From the IMG/VR virus record IMGVR_UViG_3300043414_000845, positions 1 to 60,552 of that record: a DNA stretch of 60,552 bases; one strand, 5' to 3'. The DNA comes from a virus (lineage: Duplodnaviria > Caudoviricetes). Position numbers and translations under genes: made by a program. This document shows positions 1-8,028 of the stretch, one piece after another. A model generated the notes under the pieces. It did not search any database. It was not told the origin of the DNA and saw only the letters and a list, made by a program, of their open reading frames with translations. Numbering within the stretch: the stretch's first letter is position 1; every line of letters begins with the position of its first letter.

Positions 1-632
1 ACCTTCGGCTTCTGCGACTGCGGGTCCATGACCGGCTGGCCGTCCTGGCCGATGACGGGCTTGCCGTTGTCCTCGCCGACGACGATGCCCTTCACGACGT
101 CACGCCCTTGGATGATGGCCGGGTAGGCCGCGGCGGCGAAGTCGTTGGCCGCCATGCTCAGCAGGGGCCAGATGACGTTCGAGGCCTTGGCAAAGGGGTA
201 GTTCTTGGGCTCGGCCTTCTGGAGCGCCAGAGCCTTGTAGCGCTCGACCTTGTCGAGCCACTCGGTGCGGCTGCGCTTGTCGATCTCGTACTCGAACTTC
301 GCGCGCGCGCCGATGTCGGCCATCTTCGTGTCGTCCAGATCGTCGCAGATGTTGTCCATCTGGGCGTACTGGACCAGCTTGCGGAAGCTGTCCGGGACCT
401 GCGGGGCGGCCTGCGGACCAGGTGACGGCTGACCCAGCTCGCTGGGCTCCGGTGCCTCGCCCTCAGCAGCCTCGTGCTCTGGCGAACCGTCGGGGCCAGG
501 TCCTTCGACCGGCTCCATCTCATTCGCCTCGTCGTCCTGGCTATTCAGGGTCGGCCTTGCGCCTGGAAGGAACCTTTCCTCGTCCATCGGCGGCAGAAGG
601 TCCGGTCCCGGTGGTCGCTGCTGTCCGCTCAT
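1..632 (-). CDS. Portal protein, N-terminal part (truncated at window start)
   Basis: Hand translation from ATG at 632 (AGGAG RBS upstream) gives MSGQQRPPGPDLLPPMDEE...EIDKRSRTEWLDKVERYKALALQKAEPKNYPFAKASNVIWPLLSMAANDFAAAAYPAII. The P-F/W-x-x-AS-N-V-x-x-P motif is typical of podovirus portal N-termini; it follows terL. Confidence 0.85.
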   Translation of the reverse strand, partial: MSGQQRPPGPDLLPPMDEERFLPGARPTLNSQDDEANEMEPVEGPGPDGSPEHEAAEGEAPEPSELGQPSPGPQAAPQVPDSFRKLVQYAQMDNICDDLDDTKMADIGARAKFEYEIDKRSRTEWLDKVERYKALALQKAEPKNYPFAKASNVIWPLLSMAANDFAAAAYPAIIQGRDVVKGIVVGEDNGKPVIGQDGQPVMDPQSQKPK

Positions 633-1047
633 CGCTAGGCTCCTGGGCTTTTGGTTGTTCTGCGGCCTCTACCATAGGTGGCGATTCGGACGAAGCTGGC
701 GTCCCAGGCTCGAACTTGATGGCCGAGAACATCGAGTACCGGAAGGTCGTGAAGCGCTGCGTGCGCTTCATGTCTTCCATCGTCATCGTGTACTTCCAGA
801 GGATCGGGATGGTGTGCCAAACCAGCTTGGTCATACCCTTGCCGTACTGAGTCCAGAAGCGCAGAAGTGTCTCTCCCCACAGCTTGATGGCGAGCTCCTC
901 GCTGTCGCAGAGGATCGGGGGCTGTTCCGGATTGTCGCCGAAGGCCCCCGACCAGATGATCGTGACCCCCTTGGCCGTCGGGTCGGTCTCGACCTCCTCG
1001 AACATGGTCTGGAACGCCTCGACCTTGCGTTGCACTTCTGGAAGCAT
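541..1047 (-). CDS. Hypothetical protein between terL and portal
   Basis: Starts 4 nt after the terL stop; phage-like codon use; its 3' end overlaps the portal start. Confidence 0.6.
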   Translation of the reverse strand: MLPEVQRKVEAFQTMFEEVETDPTAKGVTIIWSGAFGDNPEQPPILCDSEELAIKLWGETLLRFWTQYGKGMTKLVWHTIPILWKYTMTMEDMKRTQRFTTFRYSMFSAIKFEPGTPASSESPPMVEAAEQPKAQEPSDERTAATTGTGPSAADGRGKVPSRRKADPE

Positions 1048-1050
1048 GGC

Positions 1051-2517
1051 TCAGTATCCTGTCACTTCGTTGCGGCCGCTCTCGTCGCCGAACTCTGCCT
1101 GGCCGTCGAGGCTGTCGACGTATTCGCGATCCTTCCGCAGCATCGTCTGCTGCTCCCTGGACAGCACGAGGGAGGCGGCGAACACCCTGGTGCACACGTA
1201 CTGGAGCGCGTCCATGATGTGGCTGGCCTCGTTCTTGTCGGGCTGGTCGGTGAACCGGTCGCCCTGGACCTTCATCTTGCGGTAGCGATACAGGCCCAGG
1301 AACGCCTTGCGGAGACGGGTGCAGCGCGGGTGCAGGATGAACTGGGGCATGCCACTGACCATCGTCGTCAGCGGCTTGCGGACAGCCTCCAGGCGCATCG
1401 AGAGGGACTGGATGCCAGGCTCGATCAGGATGTCCTTGGCATGGAGAATCTGGAAGCAGGTCTTCTCGTCCGTCTGGCTGCGCTGCATGCCCGCCGGGTC
1501 ACCGATGTCGATATACCTGGGCTGCTTGGCGAAGACCTGGGACGTGTAGCGCAGCACGGCATCGGAGAAGGCGTCGATGCCAGAGCTGTCGGAGTAGAGC
1601 TCGTCGAACACCAGGAACCGGCCGTCGGGCAGCACCTGGCACAGCACGCACGCTGGCGTCAGACCGAAGTCGAACCCGCGGTAGACCGGCAGGTTCGGCA
1701 TCGGCTCGATCTCTTTGATGTGCACCTGGTCGCTGAACTCAGGGAACACGGCCTTGCCGGTCTGCGTGAACCCGTACTTGCCGTGGACGTAGATGTCGAT
1801 CCAGTTCTGGCTCTTGCCCTGGACCAGGTTCGAGTAATACCGGCGGCCACCAGGGAGGTTCGGGAGGTTCTCGGCATCCGGCGACAAGCCGCTTGGCTGC
1901 CTGAATACCTGGGCGAAGGTCGGATCGTGCTGCTGCTCTTCGAAGAACTTGTAGAACTCGCTGTCGACGTCGGGCGGGTTGGTGTCCATCCAGACACCGT
2001 GCCAGGACGGGCCGCCATCGCGCTGCGCCGGGTAGCGTCCAACACGCCCCTGCACGGCCTCGATGACGGCCCACGGCACTTCCCGCGCCTCGTTGATCCA
2101 GGCCCCGGTGAGGTCAAGAGACAGCAGCTTCTTGACTGACTCGGGTGTGTCGAGGGCGCGGAACATGACCTCGATCTCGATGCCGATGTTGCCCCACTTG
2201 CGGATGTAGTAGGTGTGCTCGCCAGCCACGTAATCCCCGAAGTGCTTGGGCGGCATCCAGTCGAAGAACGTCTTCATCGTGGTGTCGTTGAGCTGCGGGA
2301 ACGTGTTGCGGATGATGGCGAACCTGGAGCGCCGCTTGCCGTCGTGCAGGGGCTTCTGAGCTCGACCCCGCTGGGCCACCTCAGCCACGCAGGCCGACGA
2401 CTTGCCGCTGCCGAAGGGCCCGACGATGCCACGCATGAAGGCGTCCGACCTGGCGAATGATGCCAGGGTCGGACACCCATCGTAGTCGTAGATCAGGCTA
2501 ATTTTGGGACTGGACAT
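1051..2517 (-). CDS. terL: Terminase large subunit
   Basis: Walker A GPFGSGKS, Walker B-like AWINEARE, coupling motif DTNPP, nuclease GFDFG and HIMDALQY; likely start MSSPKIS at 2517. Confidence 0.95.
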   Translation of the reverse strand: MSSPKISLIYDYDGCPTLASFARSDAFMRGIVGPFGSGKSSACVAEVAQRGRAQKPLHDGKRRSRFAIIRNTFPQLNDTTMKTFFDWMPPKHFGDYVAGEHTYYIRKWGNIGIEIEVMFRALDTPESVKKLLSLDLTGAWINEAREVPWAVIEAVQGRVGRYPAQRDGGPSWHGVWMDTNPPDVDSEFYKFFEEQQHDPTFAQVFRQPSGLSPDAENLPNLPGGRRYYSNLVQGKSQNWIDIYVHGKYGFTQTGKAVFPEFSDQVHIKEIEPMPNLPVYRGFDFGLTPACVLCQVLPDGRFLVFDELYSDSSGIDAFSDAVLRYTSQVFAKQPRYIDIGDPAGMQRSQTDEKTCFQILHAKDILIEPGIQSLSMRLEAVRKPLTTMVSGMPQFILHPRCTRLRKAFLGLYRYRKMKVQGDRFTDQPDKNEASHIMDALQYVCTRVFAASLVLSREQQTMLRKDREYVDSLDGQAEFGDESGRNEVTGY

Positions 2518-2749
2518 CCACGACCCCGTCAACCGTGAACCGCGGCAATTCAATGCGCTGCCGGTACTCGTGACAGTGGTCGGTGATCGTAACGATGGGC
2601 CAGATGCTCATGATCTGAACCCCGTGCGGGCCGTGGATCGCCACAGCGTTCGGCGGCATGCGTTTGCACTGCCGCTGCTGAGGGTTGATCGTCTTGTCTG
2701 GGGCGACGAACGCTGTGGCCCAGCGGCAGGTGGCGCAGTTGTCGCTCAT
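2498..2749 (-). CDS. Small Cys-rich hypothetical protein
   Basis: MSDNCATCRW...QCKRMPP...WPIVTITDHCHEY, a pattern common in small phage proteins; overlaps the terL start. Confidence 0.65.
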   Translation of the reverse strand: MSDNCATCRWATAFVAPDKTINPQQRQCKRMPPNAVAIHGPHGVQIMSIWPIVTITDHCHEYRQRIELPRFTVDGVVDVQSQN

Positions 2750-3003
2750 CACTGGCCTCTCAGGATCATGTTGATGCACGCACCGAAGACCTGGCGCACT
2801 TCGTGGTCGGACAGCTTGTGTGGCACCGCGTCCTGGCCTGCCATGATCGAGGCGGACGTCAGGCCGTCCTTGACTGCCTCGATGACGGCCGTCGCCATCG
2901 CCTGGCACTCGCGTTCAATCGTGAAGATGTCTCGGGGGTCGAAGTCAGGGCTCATGTCCTTGACCTTCATGGCGGCCTTTGTGGCCGCCTCAATCGTGTT
3001 CAT
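2749..3003 (-). CDS. Hypothetical protein
   Basis: ORF with GGAAGAGG RBS; stop/start overlap with the next gene. Confidence 0.6.
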   Translation of the reverse strand: MNTIEAATKAAMKVKDMSPDFDPRDIFTIERECQAMATAVIEAVKDGLTSASIMAGQDAVPHKLSDHEVRQVFGACINMILRGQ

Positions 3004-3148
3004 CTGTGCCTCTTCCAGGTTGGGGACGACCGGTGTCACGGTGGGGGCTATGACACCGGTCTGGCGAACCTGGAAATTGCCACTGGGAATGCAGCGGGGG
3101 CTGTGATGGCAAACGCTTCCAGATCAGCTTTGCGTGCGCCGCATGGAG

Positions 3149-3155
3149 CGAATCA
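3149..3155 (-). promoter_or_regulatory. TGATTCG (GANTC, GcrA-type) site in the intergenic region upstream of the terL/structural operon
   Basis: CGAATCA at 3149-3155 in a gene-free gap; fits the YGAKTC(G/K) GcrA preference. Confidence 0.4.
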
Positions 3156-3190
3156 CGCAGTTAACTGTACCTGGGAACAGTCAGACGTGG

Positions 3191-3430
3191 CTAGTGCACG
3201 GTCTCTGACACCTTGGTTTCCTTCCCCATATTCTCGACGGAGGTGGGTGGCATGTCGCTGAGTACCTGGCCGATCTGGTCCAGGTCACGCTCGACCACGC
3301 CGACGCAGTAGACCAGGACCTCGACCTTCGTGCCGTTCTCCCCCTGGCCGATGAACACACGGTACATCTGGCCGTTCGCAGCCTTAACGAACCGCTGGGT
3401 GGGCTGGAGGTGTAGGGTGAATATCCCCAT
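3191..3430 (-). CDS. Hypothetical protein
   Basis: MGIFTLHLQPTQRFVKAANGQMYRVFIG...; good codon use. Confidence 0.6.
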   Translation of the reverse strand: MGIFTLHLQPTQRFVKAANGQMYRVFIGQGENGTKVEVLVYCVGVVERDLDQIGQVLSDMPPTSVENMGKETKVSETVH

Positions 3431-3670
3431 CGCTCGGCTTCCTTTTGCTGGTCTGTGGAGTGTAGTCGACGAAGGGGCAGCCAAGGTCCCTGGCCCTGGT
3501 CATGCCGTGCCGCCTCATGCCCGCGAGCTGCCTGCTTGTGGGGGCAACCTGCCGGTCCAGGCGCTCCGTTGAGCCGTCTGGACGGATGTACCGGAGCACC
3601 GCGGCTGGCGAGCTGCCGACCTCGGTGGCTGGGGTGAGGATCATGACCACCTTGCTGGGCACTTGTTCGT

Positions 3671-3991
3671 TCATGTCAGGCAGCTCACACACTTGCGGGT
3701 TGGACCAGGGCCGATGGGATTGCTCCGACCGGGCTCAGCGAGGATTCGCAGCTCGTGGCCGCAACTCAACCGCTCGACGATGTATTTACCATGCCGACGG
3801 CGGCCGACAATGCGGACCTCCGGGGCGGTCTCCAGCTCGGCGCGGTTCAGCGCTTCCTTGAGCAGTTTCACCTGCTCGGCTTGCTTGGCCATGTTGGCTT
3901 CCAGGCGGACGATGATGTCACGCGCGGCCCTGGTCTTCTCCCTGGGCGTGACCAGGTAGGTCACCAGGGCGGCTTTGTATTGTTCAGTCAT
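3671..3991 (-). CDS. Hypothetical coiled-coil/Zn-finger protein
   Basis: MTEQYKAALV...LSCGH...KCVSC; GGAGG RBS. Confidence 0.55.
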   Translation of the reverse strand: MTEQYKAALVTYLVTPREKTRAARDIIVRLEANMAKQAEQVKLLKEALNRAELETAPEVRIVGRRRHGKYIVERLSCGHELRILAEPGRSNPIGPGPTRKCVSCLT

Positions 3992-4010
3992 TGATAATCT
4001 CCTCCAGGCC

Positions 4011-4292
4011 TCAGCGCAGGGCCAGGGCACGGATGCCCCGGCACATGGTCCGAACGTCCTGGTGCAACGCCTTGTCGACGCGGCCCCAGGTGCGACCCTG
4101 CGGGGCCAGATACCAGGTGCGGCCCTTGGGTGTGACCGACATGATGCGGTCGATGTAGATGGCTGGGTCGCGCTTATCAGGGGTGAACACGCTCCAGGTC
4201 GCAACCAGGCGCGTGCCCGACTTGTCGTCGGCGTACGTGGCCTCACCATCCCGCAGGCGCACGAGCGTCAGGCTGGTTGGGTAGCTGGTCAC
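4011..4292 (-). CDS. Hypothetical protein
   Basis: GTG start overlapping the upstream stop, GAGGAGG RBS. Confidence 0.55.
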   Translation of the reverse strand: MTSYPTSLTLVRLRDGEATYADDKSGTRLVATWSVFTPDKRDPAIYIDRIMSVTPKGRTWYLAPQGRTWGRVDKALHQDVRTMCRGIRALALR

Positions 4293-4510
4293 CGCGCCTC
4301 CTCGTAATACGAGTCGAACCACGGGCCGAACTTGCTGGTGTGCTCCAGCTTGCCTGGACCCAGGGCCGTGCGGCTCGATGTCTCCGGGTCGGCGCAATGA
4401 GCGCGAGCCTCGGTCAGCGTCAGGCCGGTGTCGACGATCACGTCGGGGTGGCCCTTGGCGTATTTGCGGACGACGGTGTACTTGCCGTCCGGATTGTAAG
4501 TGTCAGTCAT
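4289..4510 (-). CDS. Hypothetical protein (GLTLxEAxAHCxDPETSS type)
   Basis: Motif typical of small early phage proteins; GGAGAGG RBS and upstream promoter. Confidence 0.7.
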   Translation of the reverse strand: MTDTYNPDGKYTVVRKYAKGHPDVIVDTGLTLTEARAHCADPETSSRTALGPGKLEHTSKFGPWFDSYYEEAR

Positions 4511-4533
4511 GTGCCCTCTCCATTGTTGGACGA

Positions 4534-4566
4534 GGAGTACATAGACTGTACCGGGCTGCGGGACAA
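4534..4566 (-). promoter_or_regulatory. Putative early sigma70-type promoter (CTTGTC...TATGTACT)
   Basis: Minus strand CTTGTCCCGCAGCCCGGTACAGTCTATGTACT; shares TATGTACT with the promoters at about 5022 and 5954. Confidence 0.5.
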
Positions 4567-4596
4567 GAGGGGTAGGTTAAGACCGCGCCGGTAATT

Positions 4597-4616
4597 GACC
4601 CCACTCGGGTCTTTTA
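4597..4616 (+). terminator. Short hairpin followed by a T-run
   Basis: GACCC-CACTC-GGGTC-TTTT. Confidence 0.35.
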
Positions 4617-4638
4617 TCGGCGCGCATTGTGACATGCG

Positions 4639-4677
4639 GAAAGGTGCGGGAATTATACCCCTTTATCCGCACCTTTC
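4639..4677. repeat. 11-bp inverted repeat / stem-loop
   Basis: GAAAGGTGCGG (4639-4649) and CCGCACCTTTC (4667-4677) around an AT-rich loop. Confidence 0.7.
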
Positions 4678-4711
4678 GTTGTGGCAGCCCTGGCTGTACC
4701 GGATTGCGGCT

Positions 4712-4936
4712 CTACGCCGCAGGCACCTTCAGCTCGACCGGAACAGGCTTCGGACGCCCGTGCAGCACCTTGGCCGCCGCCTTGACGGTGTCCCATTCCG
4801 TGGCCTCCAGGCATTCGAGAAGCCTGGCCATGAGCTCCGCGGCTGGCTCGGGCTTTGAGCTCCAGGGGCGGGAAGGGTCACCCTCGTAGCTGAGGATCAG
4901 CCCGCTCGGTAACCGTATCTCTGCTTTCGCAACCAT
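4712..4936 (-). CDS. Hypothetical protein
   Basis: Strong AAGGAGG RBS. Confidence 0.6.
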   Translation of the reverse strand: MVAKAEIRLPSGLILSYEGDPSRPWSSKPEPAAELMARLLECLEATEWDTVKAAAKVLHGRPKPVPVELKVPAA

Positions 4937-4945
4937 GTGTCCTCC

Positions 4946-4958
4946 TTAACCATTCGTG
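4946..4958. promoter_or_regulatory. TTAACCATTCGTG, CtrA-like TTAACCAT box (copy 1 of a 13-bp direct repeat)
   Basis: Identical 13-mer at 7978-7990. Confidence 0.45.
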
Positions 4959-5021
4959 CCCAGGATGGGGCAGGGTCGCTCGTACCTGGCTGTTTGTGTC
5001 CCTGTCAAATCGCTGTACGGG

Positions 5022-5054
5022 CTTGCAATACAGGAACCTGATCATATATGTACT
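5022..5054 (+). promoter_or_regulatory. Putative early promoter (CTTGCA...ATATATGTACT)
   Basis: Lies upstream of the + strand cassette; resembles the alphaproteobacterial CTTGAC-N17-CTATAT consensus. Confidence 0.55.
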
Positions 5055-5094
5055 GTCTGGCGGCACAGAGCCGCCGAAGAATGGAGAGACTACA

Positions 5095-5370
5095 ATGCTT
5101 AACAGACCAACCAAGCGCACCACGCCGAAGACCAAGCGTGCGATCCCTGCCCCTGGCACGACCAGGTTCGTGGTGACGAAGAGCCGGGCTGGCCACTACA
5201 GCCTGACGCTCAAGGTCGTCCGCGAGGCCCGCATCGAGCGCGCCCCTGGCGACTTCGTGACGTGGACCAGGTGGGTCGACGCTGGCCACAAGAACATGAT
5301 CAGCGCCCCTCCTCCGCAATGGATGAAGGACGAGATGATGGCCGCGCTCACCAACAAGGACCCACGCTAA
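5095..5370 (+). CDS. Hypothetical basic protein
   Basis: GGAGAG RBS, first gene after the promoter. Confidence 0.65.
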   Translation: MLNRPTKRTTPKTKRAIPAPGTTRFVVTKSRAGHYSLTLKVVREARIERAPGDFVTWTRWVDAGHKNMISAPPPQWMKDEMMAALTNKDPR

Positions 5371-5480
5371 TGCCCGTATGCAAGCGCTGCTACGAAATCA
5401 CTGACGAACCGTGCCGCAACGACACGGAGACCCTGTACTGCCCCAGGCTGACGAGACAGCCGAAGAAGAAGGAACTGACT

Positions 5481-5675
5481 ATGACTACCAACGACACCCT
5501 GACCGCCGAGCAGAAGGTCGAGAAGCTCAAGGAGGCCTTCCGTACCCTCTGGGAAGAGGCTACGGACCAGTATGTCCGGAGCACGGCCCTGGAGGCCATG
5601 AACCTCTGCGACATGGAACCGGCCTCGGCCGCCCGCGTCTACGACGTGATGGTCAGCCTGGGCGGTGTGAAATGA
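5481..5675 (+). CDS. Hypothetical protein
   Basis: AAGGA RBS, MTTNDTLTAEQKVEKLKEAF. Confidence 0.6.
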   Translation: MTTNDTLTAEQKVEKLKEAFRTLWEEATDQYVRSTALEAMNLCDMEPASAARVYDVMVSLGGVK

Positions 5676-5911
5676 GCCAAGGACCAGTCGGCCCCAAGCG
5701 GCTCCAGCGGGAGAGCCGCCACCTCATCGACCACCTGGTCGACCTGATGCACCAGGCGGACGGCAAGAACCTCAGTTTTGCCTTCCACCTGGACGCCGCC
5801 AGGGATGTTTACCTGGCCGAAGAGGCTGAGGCCCACGCCCTTTACAGGGGTGATGTGACCGTCCTGGACTCCTTCATGGAGGGCAAAAAGGCCCGCAGAA
5901 CAGGCACTTAA
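5672..5911 (+). CDS. Hypothetical protein
   Basis: Start overlaps the upstream stop; followed by a terminator. Confidence 0.6.
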   Translation: MSQGPVGPKRLQRESRHLIDHLVDLMHQADGKNLSFAFHLDAARDVYLAEEAEAHALYRGDVTVLDSFMEGKKARRTGT

Positions 5912-5914
5912 CAG

Positions 5915-5943
5915 AAAGCCAGGCTCACCACCTGGCTTTTTTC
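5915..5943 (+). terminator. Rho-independent terminator
   Basis: AAAGCCAGG-CTCACCA-CCTGGCTTT followed by further Ts. Confidence 0.75.
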
Positions 5944-5953
5944 TTGTCCCGTA

Positions 5954-5986
5954 TTGACGCCCAGCGAACCCATCTCTATATGTACT
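5954..5986 (+). promoter_or_regulatory. Putative early promoter TTGACG-N16-CTATAT(GTACT)
   Basis: Close to the alphaproteobacterial sigma70 consensus. Confidence 0.65.
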
Positions 5987-6030
5987 GGGCACCGGGACAG
6001 CCGGTGAGCACACAAACGGAGACCCGTGTG

Positions 6031-6756
6031 ATGAATACCCAAGTGACTATCTATACCCAGCTCAAGGCGCTCGCCGTGGCTGGTCGTACTAACGACTTCG
6101 GCACAGCCCTGGTCGCCAACTTCGAACGGTACGGCCGTTGGAGCGACAAGCAGCAGTATTGGGCCAACAAGCTCTGTGCTGAGGCCACCACTCCTGCCGG
6201 TCAGCCAGCCAACGTCATCGACGTGGCCCCGCTGTTCGCCATGATGGCTACTGCCCAGGCCGCGCTGAAGCGCCCCAGCATCCGCCTCCAGGCCGCAGAC
6301 GGCAGCGTCTGGTCGGTCCGCCCGGCGGGTGAAACCAGTGCCAACGCTGGCCAGCTCTACCTCTACGACGGTGTGACGAAGGCCTACGCTGGCAAGATCA
6401 GCCCCCAGGGCGAGCTGCGTTGCCGCCGCGAGGTGACCACGCCTGGCCAGGTTCACGAAGCCGTCAAGGGCTTCTGCAAGGACCCCCAGGGCGCTGCCAA
6501 GGCCTACGGTTTTAGCACCAAGACGTGCTGCTTCTGCGCCAAGGCCCTCAGCGACGCCTTCAGCGTCGAGAACGGCTACGGTCCGGTCTGCGCCAAGCGG
6601 TTCGGCCTGGTGCACAAGGCCGCTGGCCAGCCCCAGGCTGCTGTGATGGACACGGCTGGCACCGTGACCAAGATCAGCCTGGTCGACCTGGTCAAGGCCC
6701 TGCCGTTCGGCTCGGGCCCAGGCACTGACAACTCGTTCGACAACGGTAGCCAGTGA
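6031..6756 (+). CDS. DUF6011-like Zn-ribbon protein
   Basis: CCFCAKALSDAFSVENGYGPVCAKR matches CxxCxxxLxDxxSxxxGxGPxC. Confidence 0.8.
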   Translation: MNTQVTIYTQLKALAVAGRTNDFGTALVANFERYGRWSDKQQYWANKLCAEATTPAGQPANVIDVAPLFAMMATAQAALKRPSIRLQAADGSVWSVRPAGETSANAGQLYLYDGVTKAYAGKISPQGELRCRREVTTPGQVHEAVKGFCKDPQGAAKAYGFSTKTCCFCAKALSDAFSVENGYGPVCAKRFGLVHKAAGQPQAAVMDTAGTVTKISLVDLVKALPFGSGPGTDNSFDNGSQ

Positions 6757-7004
6757 TGACCTGGACAGTCGAATACACCGACACCTTCGCTGGCGAGGCC
6801 AACTACGGTTGGGTTCGCCGGGTGAAGATCGGCAACGAGTGGGGCATGCAGCCGTCGCGCCGCATGCTGGTCGGTCAAGCCAAGAAGCTCCTGGGCCTGA
6901 ACGGCGTGCCGTGCAAGGTCGAGGAGTACGGCGAGACGATCACCCTGCGCCCGCAAGGCCAGTGCACCATCGTCTTCATCACGGAGGACGCTGACAATGG
7001 CTAA
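6753..7004 (+). CDS. Hypothetical protein
   Basis: VEYTDTFAGEANYGWVRR motif; overlaps its neighbours. Confidence 0.7.
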   Translation: MMTWTVEYTDTFAGEANYGWVRRVKIGNEWGMQPSRRMLVGQAKKLLGLNGVPCKVEEYGETITLRPQGQCTIVFITEDADNG

Positions 7005-7194
7005 GCGCAGCAGGAAGAAGCGCAGCGACCTTCGGGTGTACCTCTACGACGAGGTCCCGCGGGTCGGCACCGGCTGGCGTGGCGTCCAGTTAGTCAAGCG
7101 CGGCAGGGTCTGGGTCCACCTCAAGGAGACCGCCACTGGCATCGCTTTCAAGCTGCCCGTCGGCATCTTCGCCAGGATGGAGCGCTGCCAATGA
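6997..7194 (+). CDS. Hypothetical basic protein
   Basis: GGAGG RBS, translationally coupled. Confidence 0.6.
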   Translation: MAKRSRKKRSDLRVYLYDEVPRVGTGWRGVQLVKRGRVWVHLKETATGIAFKLPVGIFARMERCQ

Positions 7195-7406
7195 CCCTCT
7201 ACCACAGCCTCAGCGGTCACATCGTGCCCGTTGAGGTCCTCACCTGGACGAGCGCCAGGGGTGCCATGAGCCGGAACGTCAAGGTGACGGCAGTGGCCCT
7301 GGCTTCGACCTTCGACGGTGAGTTCCTGGAGGGCCGAGCCTTCACCGGCCAGGCCCGACACTTCAGTGGCCTGGACCCCAGCATCCCGAAGGAGGAGCTG
7401 CTATGA
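7191..7406 (+). CDS. Hypothetical protein
   Basis: ATGA overlap with the upstream gene. Confidence 0.55.
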   Translation: MTLYHSLSGHIVPVEVLTWTSARGAMSRNVKVTAVALASTFDGEFLEGRAFTGQARHFSGLDPSIPKEELL

Positions 7407-7609
7407 GAACGATGGATCGGCCAGCGAGGGAATCGCTGGCCTACATCTACAACAACCACGTCAGGCGGGGACTGAGCTACCTCAGCTTCCGCCGACGGGT
7501 CGGCTTCAGCGTCTGTGATGCGTGCTGGTTCGTGTACGTGGACGGCTACCGGGTCGACCTCTACGAGGGCGGCAGCTACAGCCTCACAGAAGCCTGGTCA
7601 GCGCTTTAA
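7403..7609 (+). CDS. Hypothetical protein
   Basis: ATGA overlap, AGGAGGAG RBS. Confidence 0.55.
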   Translation: MRTMDRPARESLAYIYNNHVRRGLSYLSFRRRVGFSVCDACWFVYVDGYRVDLYEGGSYSLTEAWSAL

Positions 7610-7945
7610 GGCGGCCAGCCTGTTATCCAGCACCGTGACCAGCTTGATCGCGTCACGGTGCGCCCCCTGGAGCTTGGGGCTGAGCTGCGAGCTCGACGCC
7701 TCCGAGATCACCCTCACGATCCGCAACGCCTGGCTGGCCAGGGCCTGCTCGATGTGCCTGGACGTGACGGCATGCCAGGCCTGCATCTTGGCCAGGGCCT
7801 TCTGCGCCTCCCGGTAATCCGCCGACGGCTTGTGATGGGTGAGGCAGTACCACCCGCCCTCGAACCCCGCCTTTGCCGTGTTCGAGCAGGGCCTGGGACC
7901 GTCTCGCCCGTTCACCGTTGCCTGGCACATCCCACGCTCGTTCAT
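7598..7945 (-). CDS. Hypothetical Zn-finger protein
   Basis: CQAT...PCSN...YCLTHH; GAGGAG RBS. Confidence 0.55.
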   Translation of the reverse strand: MNERGMCQATVNGRDGPRPCSNTAKAGFEGGWYCLTHHKPSADYREAQKALAKMQAWHAVTSRHIEQALASQALRIVRVISEASSSQLSPKLQGAHRDAIKLVTVLDNRLAALKR

Positions 7946-7977
7946 CCACTGTACTCCTCAGCCGCACTCCTGGCCTT

Positions 7978-7990
7978 TTAACCATTCGTG
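7978..7990. promoter_or_regulatory. TTAACCATTCGTG, CtrA-like box (copy 2)
   Basis: Lies in the divergent intergenic region between 7945(-) and 8029(+). Confidence 0.45.
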
Positions 7991-8028
7991 TGCCAAAAGC
8001 CAGGCCACCTCAACGATGGAGACCCAAG

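Noticed and set aside
655-2139. 494-aa + strand ORF
   Set aside because: Antisense shadow of terL, expected in GC-rich DNA with strong codon bias; no recognisable motifs
3384-3692. 102-aa minus-strand ORF
   Set aside because: May be a real gene filling the gap, but the start is unclear and there are no recognisable motifs, so it was not called
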